DNA of 64,000 bases. Source: Mantamonas sphyraenae STR306 (lineage: Eukaryota; Protista; CRuMs). Under the pieces are notes generated by a model, which was given only the letters and a program-made list of their open reading frames with translations, did not search any database and was not told the origin of the DNA. Below, one piece after another: positions 21,680 to 35,013 of this stretch (its first letter is position 1; every line of letters begins with the position of its first letter). The translations under genes and the position numbers were made by a program. The DNA is taken from assembly GCA_026936335.1 (NCBI GenBank), contig JAPMXV010000076.1, positions 1 through 64,000 on the forward strand. Direction: 5' to 3'.

Positions 21680-23570
21680 GTTTCCTGCGATAGCCCATGG
21701 GTGTCAGCGCCCTCCCGATTCCTCACCAGCCCCGTGACACTCTCTATATCACCCACACACGTGCACAAGTCCCCGATGCCCCCACCCTTCCCTACCCTAT
21801 GACTGTTCTGAATGTGTGTTGTGTGCAATATGCGTTGGATGCACCCTCGCACGGTGGACAAGCAGCACTCCGCCTCTTCTTCGCCGCCTTCACAACACAC
21901 ACACCCAATCACTGTTCACAAACTGCCCATCTACATTTTACCCCACTACGCCACAATCCACATCAGGACGGCGTTCCACCACACTTGCCCATGCCTCCAG
22001 GCCACTCCACTCCCTCTTCCTCCATCTACCTCCACCACAACCACACATGAATGAACCACACCTTCCCTGTTCACCATACAATCCTCCGCACGCACACCTC
22101 CCTCGTCCTTCCCAGCATCGCCTGCCACGACTTGCCATTCCGTTGGCTCTTGTCTGCCCCCACCACCCACACATGCCCTTGTTCACACTGCCCAGTGCAT
22201 CCATGATCTGTTACCACTCCCCATAGTGATACGCACAACCTTCTGTCTTTGTCCATCAGTGCCACCAGCATGGAAGGAACAACCGTTGGCCTCCTCCTCC
22301 TCCTCCTGCCTGCCACTGCTGTGTTCACCCATGCGCCCCATCCAATGCCAATGGCGTCCGCCAATCTCATCCTTGCGACACGGTTGACTCTCCGCCTTGC
22401 TTCCTCTTCCCCAGTCTGAGTCGCCGCCCATTTTCCCTGCTCTTCGGCCCGCGTGTGCCGATGGCTGTGCCCATGCACACACATGCTACCCCAACCGTCC
22501 CTCCTTCCCTCCATCCCTTTCCACCACCCTCCATCCCCATACCCTCCTCCCTTGCCACCCTGGGGTGATTCTGTCGCAGGGTGGCAATCCCGACTCCATC
22601 AACTCCGCCTCCCACACACGCCACAGGCCCCTCCACGCCCTCATCCTCCGTTCTCTGGGCCCGTGTCATCCCACTCCACCTCTCCGCCAAGTTCCCCAAA
22701 TTCGATGAAAAATGTGCCTGGTGGTGGTCGTGGCGTCGTTTTTGCTTGTCGCCGTGCCAACCCAGCCGCACCTCGCCGCCTTCCTGCGCCACAAACCGCC
22801 CTCCCACGGACCACACACCCCCTTGGTCACCACGCCCACCACTTGAACCCGTGTGCAGTCACCCACACACTTCCCAAGCACACTTCTACCACAGTCAGGC
22901 TGTGCATTCGTGAGCAGTGTCGCAGAAACTCACGCAGCTGGTTTCAGGCGGTGGCCGAGCACCCGCACCTTTGCCGCCCCCCTGCTCGCACCACAGGCCG
23001 CCCCATGCCCTCAGCCTCGGTCTCCGCCCTCCACACATCAACCACACCCCACTGACCCTCATTCCACTTTTCGCCACTTTTCGACCATTGTCGACATGGC
23101 CAACAACCAGCCGCTCTCCACCAAAATCACCCCAAATACGAAACTGCGTCTGTGCGTGTGTTTCCCATGCACTCGTCAATCCGCTTGGCCTCAGGATCCA
23201 GCGGGTGCTGTGTGCCGACACAGGGCGGGTTTTGTGTGCGTTGATCCTCACAGGCGGAGTTTTCTACTCGCGCCTGTGGCATTCATACAGCCACGGTGTC
23301 ACCAAGGGTCAATGGTCGTCATAGTATCCACCGCTCACAGCAGCAGCACACAGGGGCAACCAGCAGAGAAACCAGAGGCTCGTTGAGACCACCTTGCCAT
23401 TGATCCGCCGACCAAACCCATGAACACCACCAGAGCAAGCTACCACTCAAACCCATTCATGCCACATGGCTGACAGGGTGAACGACACACACACGTGCCA
23501 TGCCAGTCGTCCAAGGTTGCCTTGGCCGCCCTCACGCAGACTCATCCTCCCCACCCTCACCTCCCCAATT
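21480..23570. repeat. Segmental duplication (~2.1 kb), copy 1: first exon and upstream region of an LRR gene
   Basis: Colinear and highly similar to about 27005-29095. Confidence 0.93.
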
Positions 23571-24100
23571 CCTTTGATGCAAGAGAAATACCCACCCATG
23601 CTGTCCAGCCTCTTCAACGTGCTCATCAGCAACCTGTCAATCCTTTGTATCCCATACGGCAGGGTTTCCTTCAAAAGGAGTTGTCACGGACGGTCTCGTC
23701 GATCGTGTTCTTTTCGATGTTCGTTGCAGTAGGAGTCACATCCAGGAACCATGATGTTGCCAAACACAACGACGCTGCATCATGACGCAGTTGAACTGTC
23801 CTGCTCTCTGTGCACAGACTTTGGAGTCGTTGAGTCGACGTCGCCGGACTGCAGGAGGTCAGGAGCAGTGTGAACGTTGTCGTTGAGCATCACATCGACC
23901 ACGGTTTTGGTAAGTGACACGGTGATGTGTGAATTCGGGAAGGAGAGAGCGAGAGCGAGGTTGTGGTCGAACCAGATTGCACAAAATGGAGGCCAACTAT
24001 CGTTTTGCGACTCCATGTCGAGGCAGGTGGGGAGCAAACACGTGTGGGCGCCAGGGGTGGGTATATGTCACGAACATTGATGTCTCAATGCATCTCGCAG

Positions 24101-24682
24101 CTCACATGGTGGTGGTGGTGATGCCCCAGCTGTCGCCCTTGACCTTGAGCAAGATGCACAGGATGATTGTGCAGCCAATGAGAAGAGCACCGATGGTTGT
24201 GATGAGCTCGTCGGAGGAAATGGCGCCGCCAATCAGGGTGAATACCCCAGTAACAAACACAGCGCACCAACAGCGAACGAAGCGGTCTTTTCCAGGCCGA
24301 GGATGACTTTTTCGGGCGCGTCAGGATTGTCTCGGTGCACACGGAAAGCAGCAACGGGGTAGCAGCAGCAGCCGACGACCAACAGTGCCAAGCCCGCGAG
24401 AAGGCAGTTGACAGTGGCCCTATTGTCGATCAGCCCCGCAGCATAGCCCGCAAAGAGGGAAACAAGCAGCAATGCCCCACCGAAAAGCCATGGGACCCAG
24501 GCCGGAGCAGCTTGGGTTCGTGTGAGGCTCATCGGATCAAACGGCTCATCCATCTGCCTGTAGTGTGGATCGGACGTGTTGGGAGCTTCATCGCCCTTGG
24601 ACATTGTTTGTGGGTTGGTTGGGGTGGTTGGAGGAACGCGATGGGCTGGGTGGCCACATTCCATGTCGTGGAAACTGCTCAC
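24101..24682 (-). CDS. Small multi-pass membrane protein with one frameshift (possibly a pseudogene)
   Basis: ORF 24233..24682 has hydrophobic helices. The -1 frame continues with GVFTLIGGAISSDELITTIGALLIGCTIILCILLKVK. Confidence 0.55.
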
Positions 24683-24954
24683 TACGCTGATGAAAGACCT
24701 GCTGCAGTTGATCCTGGAGCCAGTGGTAGCTTGCTGGATTCAGCACCCGATTCACCACATGATGCTCATCAAGCCGTTTGTCTGTGGATGTCACAGAGCT
24801 GTGGTCGCTCATGTGCCCGACACACTCGTTGCCATAGTTTCCCACACGCGCCTTCCTCCCTCCTTGTCCTTGACCTTTCTCCGAATCCGCCAAGTCATCC
24901 CCCGCCCTTTCCTCCTTTGGACTTCCATTTTTATGCTGCTGTTCCCCCAATCCT

Positions 24955-27208
24955 TCAATCCTCCTCGATATGTTGCCTCTTCTCAACCTCCGCTCCCTCC
25001 TCTTTTTCCTCTTGACCTCTCTCTCGCTCGCTCGTCTCCCCTGACCTCCTTTCAGTGACCCTTGCCGGTGCAGCACCCCTCCCCACCCACGCAATCACCC
25101 TCTCCATCACCTCATCCGGCAGTGTCACCCACCCTTCCCACCCTCCATCCTCCACATACTCCTCCATCCCTCCACACGCAAACATCGTCTCCCTCTCCTC
25201 CCCGTTCATCACCAATGCCACCTCTATCACCTCATCCACCTGTCCACCCCATCCAATCCAATGCCACGCCTTCCTCCACCCTGCCTCCCTCACCATCTCC
25301 ACCGTTTCCAGCCTCGGCTTCGCACCCCACGCACGCAACACCTCCACAATCCTCTCATCCCCACCCTTCACTGCTCGCTCCAGCGCAGTCTCTTTTCCTC
25401 TTTCCCCTGCAAACGTGTCCACTGGCACGCCCCACTCCTTCAGCGCCTCCATCTTCCCCACATCCCCACACTCCACAAACTCCGCTTGCTGCTCCATATT
25501 TCTCTCCGACAGTGACTGTACCGCGTCACTGAAAATGCCCTCAATCCTCCAGCAGGACCGATTGCCATTCATCGCCTGAGCAAGGATTGCGGTTCCTTCT
25601 GCCCCGAAGCTGTTGCCTGTGATGTTCAGGTTCTGCAAGCTGCTGTTCCAACTCAGTGCCTGCGCCAGTGCAGCTGCTCCTTCTGCTCCGATACTGTTCC
25701 AGCCGAGGTCCAGTGTCTGCAAGCGGCTATTCCAACTCAGTGCCTGCGCCAGTGCCGCTGCTCCTTCTGCCCCGATACCGTTCCAGCCGAGGTTCAGGCG
25801 CTGCAAGGTGCTGTTTTCACTCAATGCGTGCCCCAGTGCTGCTGCTCCTTCTGCTCCGATGCTGTTGTTTCCGAGGTCCAGTGTCTGCAAGCGGCTGTTC
25901 CTACTCAGTGCCTGCGCCAGTGCCGCTGCACCTTTGTTCCCGATGCTGTTGTTTCCGAGGTTCAGTGTCTGCAAGCGGCTATTCCAACTCAGTGCCTGAC
26001 CCAGTGCCGCTGCGCCTTCTGCCCCGATACCGTTCCAGCCGAGGTCCAGGCTCTGCAAGCTGCTGTTCACACTCAGTGCCTGCGCGAGTGCTGCTGCTCC
26101 TTCTACCCCGAAGCCGTTGTTTCCGAGGTCCAATGTCTGCAAGGTACTGTTCTCGCAGAATGCCTGCACCACTGCTGCTGCGCCTTCTGCCCCGATGCCG
26201 TTGTCATTGAGGTACAGTGTCTGCAAGCTGCTGTTCACACTCAGTGCCTGCGCGAGTGCTGCTGCTCCTTCTACCCCGAAGCCGTTGTTTCCGAGGTCCA
26301 ATGTCTGCAAGGTACTGTTCTCGCAGAATGCCTGCACCAGTGCTGCTGCGCCTTCTGCTCCGATGCTGTTGTTTCCAAGGTTCAGTGTCTGCAAGCGGCT
26401 ATTCCAACTCAGTGCCTGACCCAGTGCCGCTGCTCCTTCTGCCCCGATACCGTTCCAGCCGAGGTCCAGGCTCTGCAAGCTGCTGTTCACACTCAGTGCC
26501 TGCGCGAGTGCTGCTGCTCCTTCTACCCCGAAGCCGTTGTTTCCGAGGTCCAATGTCTGCAAGGTACTGTTCTCGCAGAATGCCTGCACCAGTGCTGCTG
26601 CGCCTTCTGCCCCGATGCCGTTGTCATTGAGGTACAGTGTCTGCAAGCTGCTGTTCACACTCAGTGCCTGCGCGAGTGCTGCTGCTCCTTCGTTCCCGAT
26701 GCTGTTCCAGCCGAGGTACAGTGTCTGCAAGCTGCTGCTCTCCACCAGTGCCTGTGCCAGTGCTACTGCTCCTGCTGCCTCCATGTTGTTGTTGTTAAGG
26801 TCCAGGCTCTGCAAGCTGCTGTTCACACGCAGTACCTGCGCCAATGCTGCTGCGCCTTCTGCCCCGATGCTGCTGTCTTCGAGGTCCAGTGTGTCCAAGC
26901 TGCTGTTCTGAGCTAGTGCCTGGGCAAGTGCCACAGCTCCTTTGTCTCCCACCTCCTCACTTGCAAGGTCCAATCGCTGTATGCGACGTGTGAGCACACG
27001 GTCCACCCATCCTACACACCATCACACCCACCCTACCCCCATCCCTCCTTCCCTTCCCCTTGTGCGACGATCAAACGTCACGCTCACCACATTCCCTCCC
27101 GATTTCTTTCCGCCAACTCACCGTTCCCTGAGCCTCCAAAGCTTCCACAATCTGCCCATCGTCCCCACTCTGCAACAATTCAGCCCATTCTTCTTTTCCC
27201 AAGCCCAT
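24955..27208 (-). CDS. LRR(16)-ankyrin protein with C-terminal F-box-like motif
   Basis: Exon 1 at 27208-27122 (MGLGKEEWAELLQ..QGT), intron 27121-26977, 28-aa RNI-like LRRs, ankyrin ETALERAVKGGDERIVEVLRAWGA, tail TLPDEVMERVIAW. Confidence 0.88.
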
Positions 27209-29095
27209 GTTTCCTGCGATAGCCCATGAGTGTCAGCCCCTCGCGATACCTCGACTCTCTCCCTATCCCACCCACACAAGTGCACAAGTCCCCGACCCCC
27301 TCACTCTAACCTACCCTATGACTGCTCTAAAGTGTGTGTATGCAATTTGCGTTGGATGCGCCTCCGCACAGAGGACAAGCAAGCACTCTGCCTCTTCTTC
27401 GCCGCTTTCACATCCCTGATTCACAACACGCACACCCAATCACTGTTCACAAACTGCCTACCTACATTCAACCCCACTACGCCACAATCCACATCAGGAC
27501 GGCGTTTCACCACACTTGCCCATGCCTCCAGGCCACTCCAGTCCCTCTTCCTCCATCCACCACCACCACCACACATGAATAAACCACACCTTCCCTCTTC
27601 ACCATACAACCCTCCACACGCACACCTCTCTCGTCCTTCCCAGCAGCGCCTGCCACGATTTGCCATCTCTCGCTGGCCTTTGTCTGCCTCCACCACCCAC
27701 ACATGCCCTCTGTCACACTGCCCAGTGCATCCATGCCGTGCTATCACTCCCCATAGTGATACGCACAACCTTCTGTCTTTGTCCATCAGTGCCACCAGCA
27801 TGGAAGGAACAACGGCTGGCCTCCTCCTCCTCCTGCTTGCCACTGCTGTGTTCACCCATGCGCCCCATACAATGCCAACGGCGTCCGCCAACCTGATCCT
27901 GGTGACACGAATGACTCTCCACCTTGCTTCCTCTTCCCGAGTCTGAGTCGGCCCCCATCTTGCCGCTCTTCGGCTCGCGTGTGCCGATGGCTGTGTCCAT
28001 GCACACACACATGCTACCCCAACCATCCCTCCTTCCCCCCATCCCTCTTCACCACCATCCATCCCCACCCCCATCCTCCCTTGCCATCCTGGGGTGATTC
28101 TGTCGCAGGGTGGCAATCCCGACTCCATCAACGCCGCCTCCCACACACGCCACAGGCCCCTCCACGCCCTCATCCTCCGTTCTCTGGGCCCCATCATCCC
28201 ATTCCACCTGTCCTCCAAGTTCCCCAAATTCGATGAAAAATGTGCCTGGTGGTGGTCGTGGCGTCGTTTTTGCTTGTCGCCTTGCCAGCCCAGCCGCACC
28301 TCGCCGCCTTCCTGCGCCACAAACCGCCCTCCCACGGATCACACACCCCCTTGATCAGCACGCCCACCCCTTGAACCCGTGTGCAGTCACCCACACACTA
28401 CCCATGCACACTTCTACCACAGCCAGCCTGTGCATTCGTGAGCAGTGTCGCAGAAACTCACGCAGCTGGTTTCAGGCGGTGGCCGAGCACCCGCACCTTT
28501 GCCGCCCCCCTGCTCGCACCACAGGCCGCCCCATGCCCTCAGCCTCGGTCTCCGCCACCCACACATCAACCACACCCCACTGACCCTCATTCCACTTTTC
28601 GCCACTTTTCGACCATTGTCGACATGGCCAACAACCAGCCGCTCTCCACCAAAATCACCCAAAATACGAAACTGCGTCTGTGCGTGTGTTTCCCATGGAC
28701 TTATCAACCCACTTGGCCTCAGGATCCAGCGGGTGCTGTGTGCCGACACAGGGCGGGTTTTGTGTGCGTTGATCCTCACAGCGGAGTTTTCTACTCGCGC
28801 CTGTGTCATTCATACATCCACGGTGTCACCAAGGGCCAATGGGTCGTCATAGTATCCACCGCTCACAGCAGCAGCACACAGAGGCAACCAACAGAGACCA
28901 GAGGCTCGTTGAGGCCACCTGGCCACCAATCCACCGACCACCCCATAAACACCACCAGAGCAAGCTACAACTCAAATCCATTCATGACACATGGCTGACA
29001 GGGTGAACGACACACACACACGTGCCATGCCAGTCGTCCAAGGTTGTCTTGGCCGCCCACACGCAGACTCATCCTCCCCACCCTCACCTCCCCCA
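27005..29095. repeat. Segmental duplication (~2.1 kb), copy 2
   Basis: See 21480-23570. Confidence 0.93.
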
Positions 29096-30660
29096 TCCCC
29101 ACACCTGATCCACCAACTGCAATGGAGGTACAATGGACTGCACTCCACTGGCACTGGTTCATCCAGCCACGGCGACCATGCAAAGCGGAGAACGAGTTCT
29201 CATCACCCCCTTTCCCCCCTTTGAAGAATGTTGGAGAAGGTAGCATGGGTAGAGTGGCAAGCCAACGTGAATGCATGGGAGGATGTGCATGAACATGCGC
29301 GGTGGAGATGGAAACGAGCACGATTGAGAAAAAAGAGTTGCCAAAAACGAAACGAGTTGAGTCTTGCTCAGCCTGCCACACGTATGGTCCTGCGGACATA
29401 TTCCTCAAGTCTGCATTCTCCCCATCCACAGCACCACAGAGACGTTGGCAATCAAATCGCCGCATGCAAATTCCTCCTTCCCATCCAACAAGCACCCGCC
29501 GTCCGATGCATCTTCCATCCGACATCAGCACCACCACTCCTTCGTGTCTCTGTCTCTTCCGTGCTCACATCGATGATGGCCACAGGTCGCCCATCGTCTC
29601 TGTTGCCCCCCTCCAGTGGCAAGAGAAACACACTCGCCCCTCACGCGCCCGCCAAGGCAGAGCATCGCCACACAAGAGCACCCACCGCAAGGCACCGCCT
29701 GGCCAATCACCCACGAGACATGAACTGGGACTGAAGAAAGCAAAGAAGCGAAGGAAGGATGGTGGTGACGCATCGGCACACAAGTCGTCAGGATCTGAGC
29801 CTTTTGGTGGGGCCTCCTGCACGGCGTGGTGGTGGCACTGCTGGCGAGTGTATTGCTGGGATGAATCAGGTGCCCCAAAGGGACCCACCTGGGGCATCGA
29901 TGGGCAAACGATGGAAATGAACAAACAACAAAAAGAGGGGACGAGGAGGGGAAGGGATGGAGGCTGGGATGAACGAGTGTGGCCCAGCCAGCTTCTCCCC
30001 TTTCCCAATCGGTGATGATGGACAACACAAGAGTGACAGTGCACGCGGATCCACATGAGCCCATGGACCACTATTGCTGGCTTTGTACCCCAATCTGATG
30101 GAAGGGCTGCTGGCACTGCCCAGGGACGACGTTTTGACGCCAGGCAACAGAGGCAGAATCTGGAAGAAAGTGAGTGTGTGGGGGACGCAGCATGAAGCCA
30201 CTGTGCGAGAACAACGCAGCACAACCACCGACGGTACAGGGCGTGTGTGTAAGGAAGGATGTGGATGCAAATGGCACTGTGTGCTGTGTGCCAGAGTGCC
30301 GAGGAACACGGTGAGGGGGCCAGGCTGGGTGGCAAAAAGGCGGCTGCCACAATTGGCCACCCCGTTTTGCTGCCGCACACACCGGGCGGAGGATGGGAGC
30401 TGGCATTTTCCCATGTGGGAACGTGTGAAGCAACTGCATGTGGAGTACGACGAGCACCCAAAGGAGGGATTGGATGTGGAAGGGGAATTCTGGGAGGTGG
30501 TGGAGTGTGTGGGGGAGGATGAACGAGCAGAACGGAGGCCGGGGGGATGGGGTGTCACCCACAGTGAACCACATCCAAATGCGCATGCATTTGCATGGCC
30601 AATTGAAGCAGTGTCTGCACAGTGTGGGCGTGTGAAACCCCTGTGGCCAGGAGGTGGCGG

Positions 30661-30835
30661 GGGCGAAAGTCGTGTGAGCTCGGCCTGTGTCACTGGCCCG
30701 GCTCTCACGTGCCACTGCACAGTCCACCAGACTCCGAATTAAATGTACCCCTGCACATTGGTGATACCCATCCATGGTACCAGCAACAACACACATGCAT
30801 GTGTCTGTGACCCCACACAGCGTCGCTTTGCTCCC
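30661..30835 (+). repeat. Dispersed noncoding element, copy 1 of 4
   Basis: Core ctcacgtgccactgcac..cagactcc..catccatggta..acacag(c/t)gtcg also occurs at about 33481, 46533 and 49155. Confidence 0.9.
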
Positions 30836-30868
30836 GACACCTTTGGACGCCATTGACCCCAAGACAAA

Positions 30869-33429
30869 ATGTCCTCAAGTAGCTCATCGTCATCATTCGT
30901 GGGCTCCACATCCCCGACACAAGTGAATGCAGTGAAGAATGATCTGCGTGAATCCAAAGTGGAGCTGTCGTCGGCGGAAAGGAAGCTGGAGGAAGCGAAA
31001 GCCGAGCTGAATCAAGCGAAAGCCGAGCTGGAGGAAGCAAAAGCCGAGCTGGAGGAAGCAAAAGCCGAGCGGAAGGAAGCAAAAGCCGAGCTGAAGAAGG
31101 CGAGAACAGCTGCAGAGAAGTCGCCCGGCGATTCAGGCCTCAAAGAAGACGAGTCGATGGCGAGGGAGGAGTGGAAGACCGCCTCGGAGCGGGTGCACAA
31201 CGCCTCGGCAGAAGTCAAGATCATGTTGGACAGGGTGAATACCGCCTCGGCAGAAGTCGGATCCAAGTCGAAACTGGTGGCGGAACTGGAACAGATTGTG
31301 GTTAAGCACATGAAGGAACTCATCAGTGATGACACAACCGAGGAAATCAAAGGTGCGTGTGTTTTCCCGTGGAGGGAGTTGCAAAGCAGGAGCACTGACA
31401 CCAACGTCGACAACGTACGCAGGAGGTGGAGTAAAGCAAGGTAGGTGGGGTGAGGGGCCTGTGTTTTACCAAGTTTGACCACTCTAACATCTCTGTTTGC
31501 ACACAGAACAATACTGGAAGGCCTTGTTGCTCGATGTGGATTCGTTGGGGCGTGCCAGCATAGCCAAGAAGCACAAAATCGAAGGGTACACGTCCTCATC
31601 GTTCCATGACGCCCTGGCAGATGAATTTGTGCTGCAGTACCTGTGCTCAGATCCTGTGAAGGAGGTGCTGGAGCAGCCGGAAAGTGAGCGAACGGGCGAA
31701 GTGTACTTTTGGGAGAGCCTGACGAGCACAGAGGCGTATGGAGAGGCAGCTGTGCAGCATAGTGTGTGTGGGTGTCTGGATACAATTGCGAGAGAGGCAT
31801 TCACAGACTGTGAGATGTCTCTGTGCACCAGCCAGTGAGTTGGGTTGTGTGCTGGGGCTGCGCTTTTGGTCGACACAGCACTGACACGGCAGAGGACGAC
31901 TTAGAATGGACACAGTTGGTCGAGTGAATGTTTTCATCAAGTCGAAGGATGAACCGTACACAGCACTGGCGGTGAAGCCGGACCAATGTCTGTGGGTCGC
32001 GCTGCACACGTCTGAACTAGTGTTCTGGGTGGCAGAGGGCAAGGTGGATGGGAAGCAGTCGGGTGAAGCAGACGATGTCAAACTGATGGCGCAGCTGGTG
32101 TCTGTGGTGAAGCATGCCCAGACTGTGTACCGCATGGTGGAGGGGGAGCAACCGAGGGCACTGCACGCCAACGCACTGTACTTTGAGGGGGACACATGCT
32201 GGCTGTACGTGGCAGAGTACCGCTTGGGAGAGAAAGGAGCGGTTGGGGTGACGAAGCAGAAGTTTAAGGGGCTGTTTGAGCGTGGAGGGGAAACGCGGCA
32301 GAAGTTTGTGCAGAGCATCCAACGCAGAATGGCCATTGCACGTGAAGAAGTCGATTGGGCCAAACAATGCTGTGAAAAAGTGAACGAGGTGCAGCCATTC
32401 CGCATGTCAACGACCACGGGTAGGAGCAAGAGGAAACGGGATGAAGATGAAGACAACAACAACAACAACACCAAGGAGGAAGAGGAGGGGGGCACTGGAC
32501 ATGACAAAAAGCGGCAGAGAGTGAGTGGGAGGCAGAAAGGAGGCAGCAAGGGCAAGGTAAAGGGCAAGGGCAAGAGCAAGCATGGAAGGAAGCGAAGCAT
32601 CAAGGAACGCGCGGAATCGCTGGTGGATGGATTGGTGGCGGATGGGTTTGGACACACTGTGACTGAAGAGGGTGTGGGCAGTGCATACATCGGATATGGC
32701 GTGTACAAGGGGAAACGATGTGCGTGCAAGGTGCTACTGCTGGAGCAGGGACAACAAGAGCAGGAGTTTGAACTGATGCGGGAGGTGTGGGAAGATGGCA
32801 ACACCCTCAGTGGCTGCAAGCATGTGGTGGATGTATGGGCAGCAGAGGAGGAGGATGGGTACGGTGTCGTGGTCATGCCACTCTTGGAAACATTCCCCGC
32901 GGATTGGGCCAAGCAACTGTCGCTGCGGGGCTTTGTCAATGGGTTGCGAGAGGCGGTGATGGAGATGCATGCAGCCGGGTGGATGCATGGCGACATCAAA
33001 CCAGGGAACGTGGGGCTGGACGAACACGGGAGGGTGGTGTTGTTTGACTTGGAGTTGGCATGCAGGACCGACAGGCGATGGAAGGACAGGGTGGGCACAG
33101 AAGGGTACATGGCACCCGAAGTATGCATGCGCGAGTGGTACGATGAACGGTGTGACTACTGGAGTGCAGGGGCGACCATTCGCAAGGTGCGAGAGTATTG
33201 GGACGACAAGGAGCGGCAGGAGGATGGACAAGTGACGACGTTGGTGCAGGGGCTGATGATGGACGATCCGGGGGAGAGAACGTGGCCACTGTTGGACAGG
33301 AGTTCTCCCCCAGGGTCATCCTCATCGCAGGTGGGGAGCAGGAGGAGGAGTAGAGGTTTGCATGGGAAGGAGCGGGTGGATGTGCAGGGTGAGGAGGGTG
33401 GGCAGGGTGGTGGTGTGCAGACGAGATAA
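30869..33429 (+). CDS. Crinkler/RHS-like protein: coiled coil, PD-(D/E)xK-like domain, protein kinase. Exons 30869-31352, 31423-31440, 31507-31834, 31893-33429
   Basis: Three GT-AG introns with ctgac/ctaac branch motifs join the ORFs in frame. KAELEEA heptads; KPD..WVAEGK; kinase motifs ACK, HGDIKPGN, DLELA, GTEGYMAPE, DYWSAG. Confidence 0.85.
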
Positions 33430-33480
33430 GGTCAGGCTGTGAAGGCAGGTTTTGCGTCTCCCCAAGCCGGGGAGGGAAGG

Positions 33481-33750
33481 GGTGAAAGTCGTGTGAGCTC
33501 GGCCTGTGTCACTGGCCCGGCCTCTCACGTGCCACTGCACACTCCACCAGACTCCAAACTCAATGTACCCCTGCACATTGGTGATACCCATCCATGGTAC
33601 CCGCAACAAGACACATGCATGTGTCTGCGACGCACACAGCGTCGTTTTGCTCCGGTGGCCTGATTTTGGCCTGATTTTGGCCTGGTTTTGGCTCGTTTGG
33701 CCGAGTTTTGGCCCGGCCTTGGCTCGATTTTTGATTCACCTTTGGCCCAG
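33481..33750 (+). repeat. Dispersed noncoding element, copy 2, followed by ~10-bp (GATTTTGGC-like) repeats
   Basis: Nearly identical to 30661-30835 over about 170 bp. Confidence 0.9.
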
Positions 33751-34115
33751 CTCCGACGCGGTCATTCCTGTCCACAAATCCATCCGACCGACAATCCGCG
33801 AGAGGGGCCCTTGGGTGGCCGACAACCAGAACGTAAAGGGATGCCATGTTCGAGCATGAAAGCGAGGGGTGGAAACAGTGGGCGGTGGCGTGATCCACGG
33901 AGCACTCGCCACTTGTTCTTCCACGCATTGCCCCCCATCCCCCATCCCCACCCTTCCCCTGTGCGTGTGTGTGTGCAAACGCATGTGTGGATTCTGACAC
34001 ATTTAGGAAGAAGTGGCTGTGGGCAAGATACGACACATGGGTGGGCAGTTGGCATGTCGATTGAAGGTGTATGCCCCGTCATCACGCTCTGCACACTTCT
34101 CTGTATCTGACCAGA

Positions 34116-34970
34116 TCATTCTTCCAACCCCGTTCCCAGCGCAATGCTGGTGCATCCTTGTGTCGCCTTCCTTCGCCATGGACACCCAGTGAGGGCAATG
34201 AACACAGCACCTTCCCGGGAAACATCCTCCACCCAATCATCCTTCTCCAACGTCGTATCCTCACTCGCGCAGCACTTGCAAGGGAAGATACACATCATTG
34301 CCTCGTCGACACCCCACTTGATCCTATCCTGCTGGTTTGCGGGGATCTTCTGCCGCACCAACTCTGCCTCCTCCCACCTCTTCTGCACAGCCTCTCCACA
34401 CTTGCTTCCTCCCATGGCCTCGTACATCCCTGTTGTCACCAGCATGAGTGGGCTGCGTGTCACCACTTTCTCCAACAGGCGCGGATCCTTGTGCTGCTGC
34501 CACAGGTCCCACCACGTGCTCGCTTTCTCCCTCACTTTGCCATCGAATGCATGCAGCTTCTCAACTGCCGTCGAGCTGTCCAACGCGTACGGATACGCAT
34601 ATGTTTCCTTCTTCATGTCCTGAAGGCACCGGGACCGGAGAAACCCCTTCAAGACCCTGCCTCTTCCTTGGTCAATCACCCCATGGAGGACTCGCCGTCT
34701 CAACTCCTCGCCAACCCACCACCTCTCATCATTTCGAACAATCACATTGCTCAGCACACTCACATGGAACCCGTCGTCCAGCAGCTGCATCCACCTTTCA
34801 TCAGTGGCCACTTCTCTCTCCCATCCATGTGGCCCCACCCTGTCCGTTTCCACAAGCTTGGCCACCTTCACCCCATCCGGTCATCCAGTCCCTCCATGGC
34901 AACTACCATATCCTCCGAGTCGTCGCAGGGGAGCCTCTCGTACACTGTTCTGCCCATCCGTTGTGGTGCA
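34116..34970 (-). pseudogene. Truncated, frameshifted copy of the C-terminal part of the F-box-like family
   Basis: Shares ATDERWMQLLDDGF, LDSSTAVEKL and KDPRLLE. The upstream PCDDSEDMVVAMEG segment is in another frame and there is no N-terminus. Confidence 0.65.
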
Positions 34971-35013
34971 AGTGAGTGTCGAGGTGCGCCGGTCGGGAAC
35001 GGGATCACACCAA

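Noticed and set aside
19516-21693. Long Cys-rich and Ser/Ala-rich plus-strand ORFs (725 aa, 572 aa) over the LRR array, and similar ones at 25613-26916
   Set aside because: These are antisense shadows of a stop-poor 84-bp repeat. The minus strand gives canonical LRRs.
23447-24037. Short minus-strand ORFs with protein-like composition
   Set aside because: They are broken by stops and frame changes and have no recognisable motif. They may be a gene relic but cannot be supported.
21480-29095. The 2.1-kb direct repeats as LTRs of a retroelement
   Set aside because: No gag, RT or integrase lies between them and no TG..CA termini were recognised. Each copy includes the first exon of an LRR gene, so this is segmental duplication.
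29302-30742. ORFs 29302..30015 and 30074..30742
   Set aside because: No motif, paralogue or convincing splice model was found. Long ORFs arise readily by chance at this GC content.
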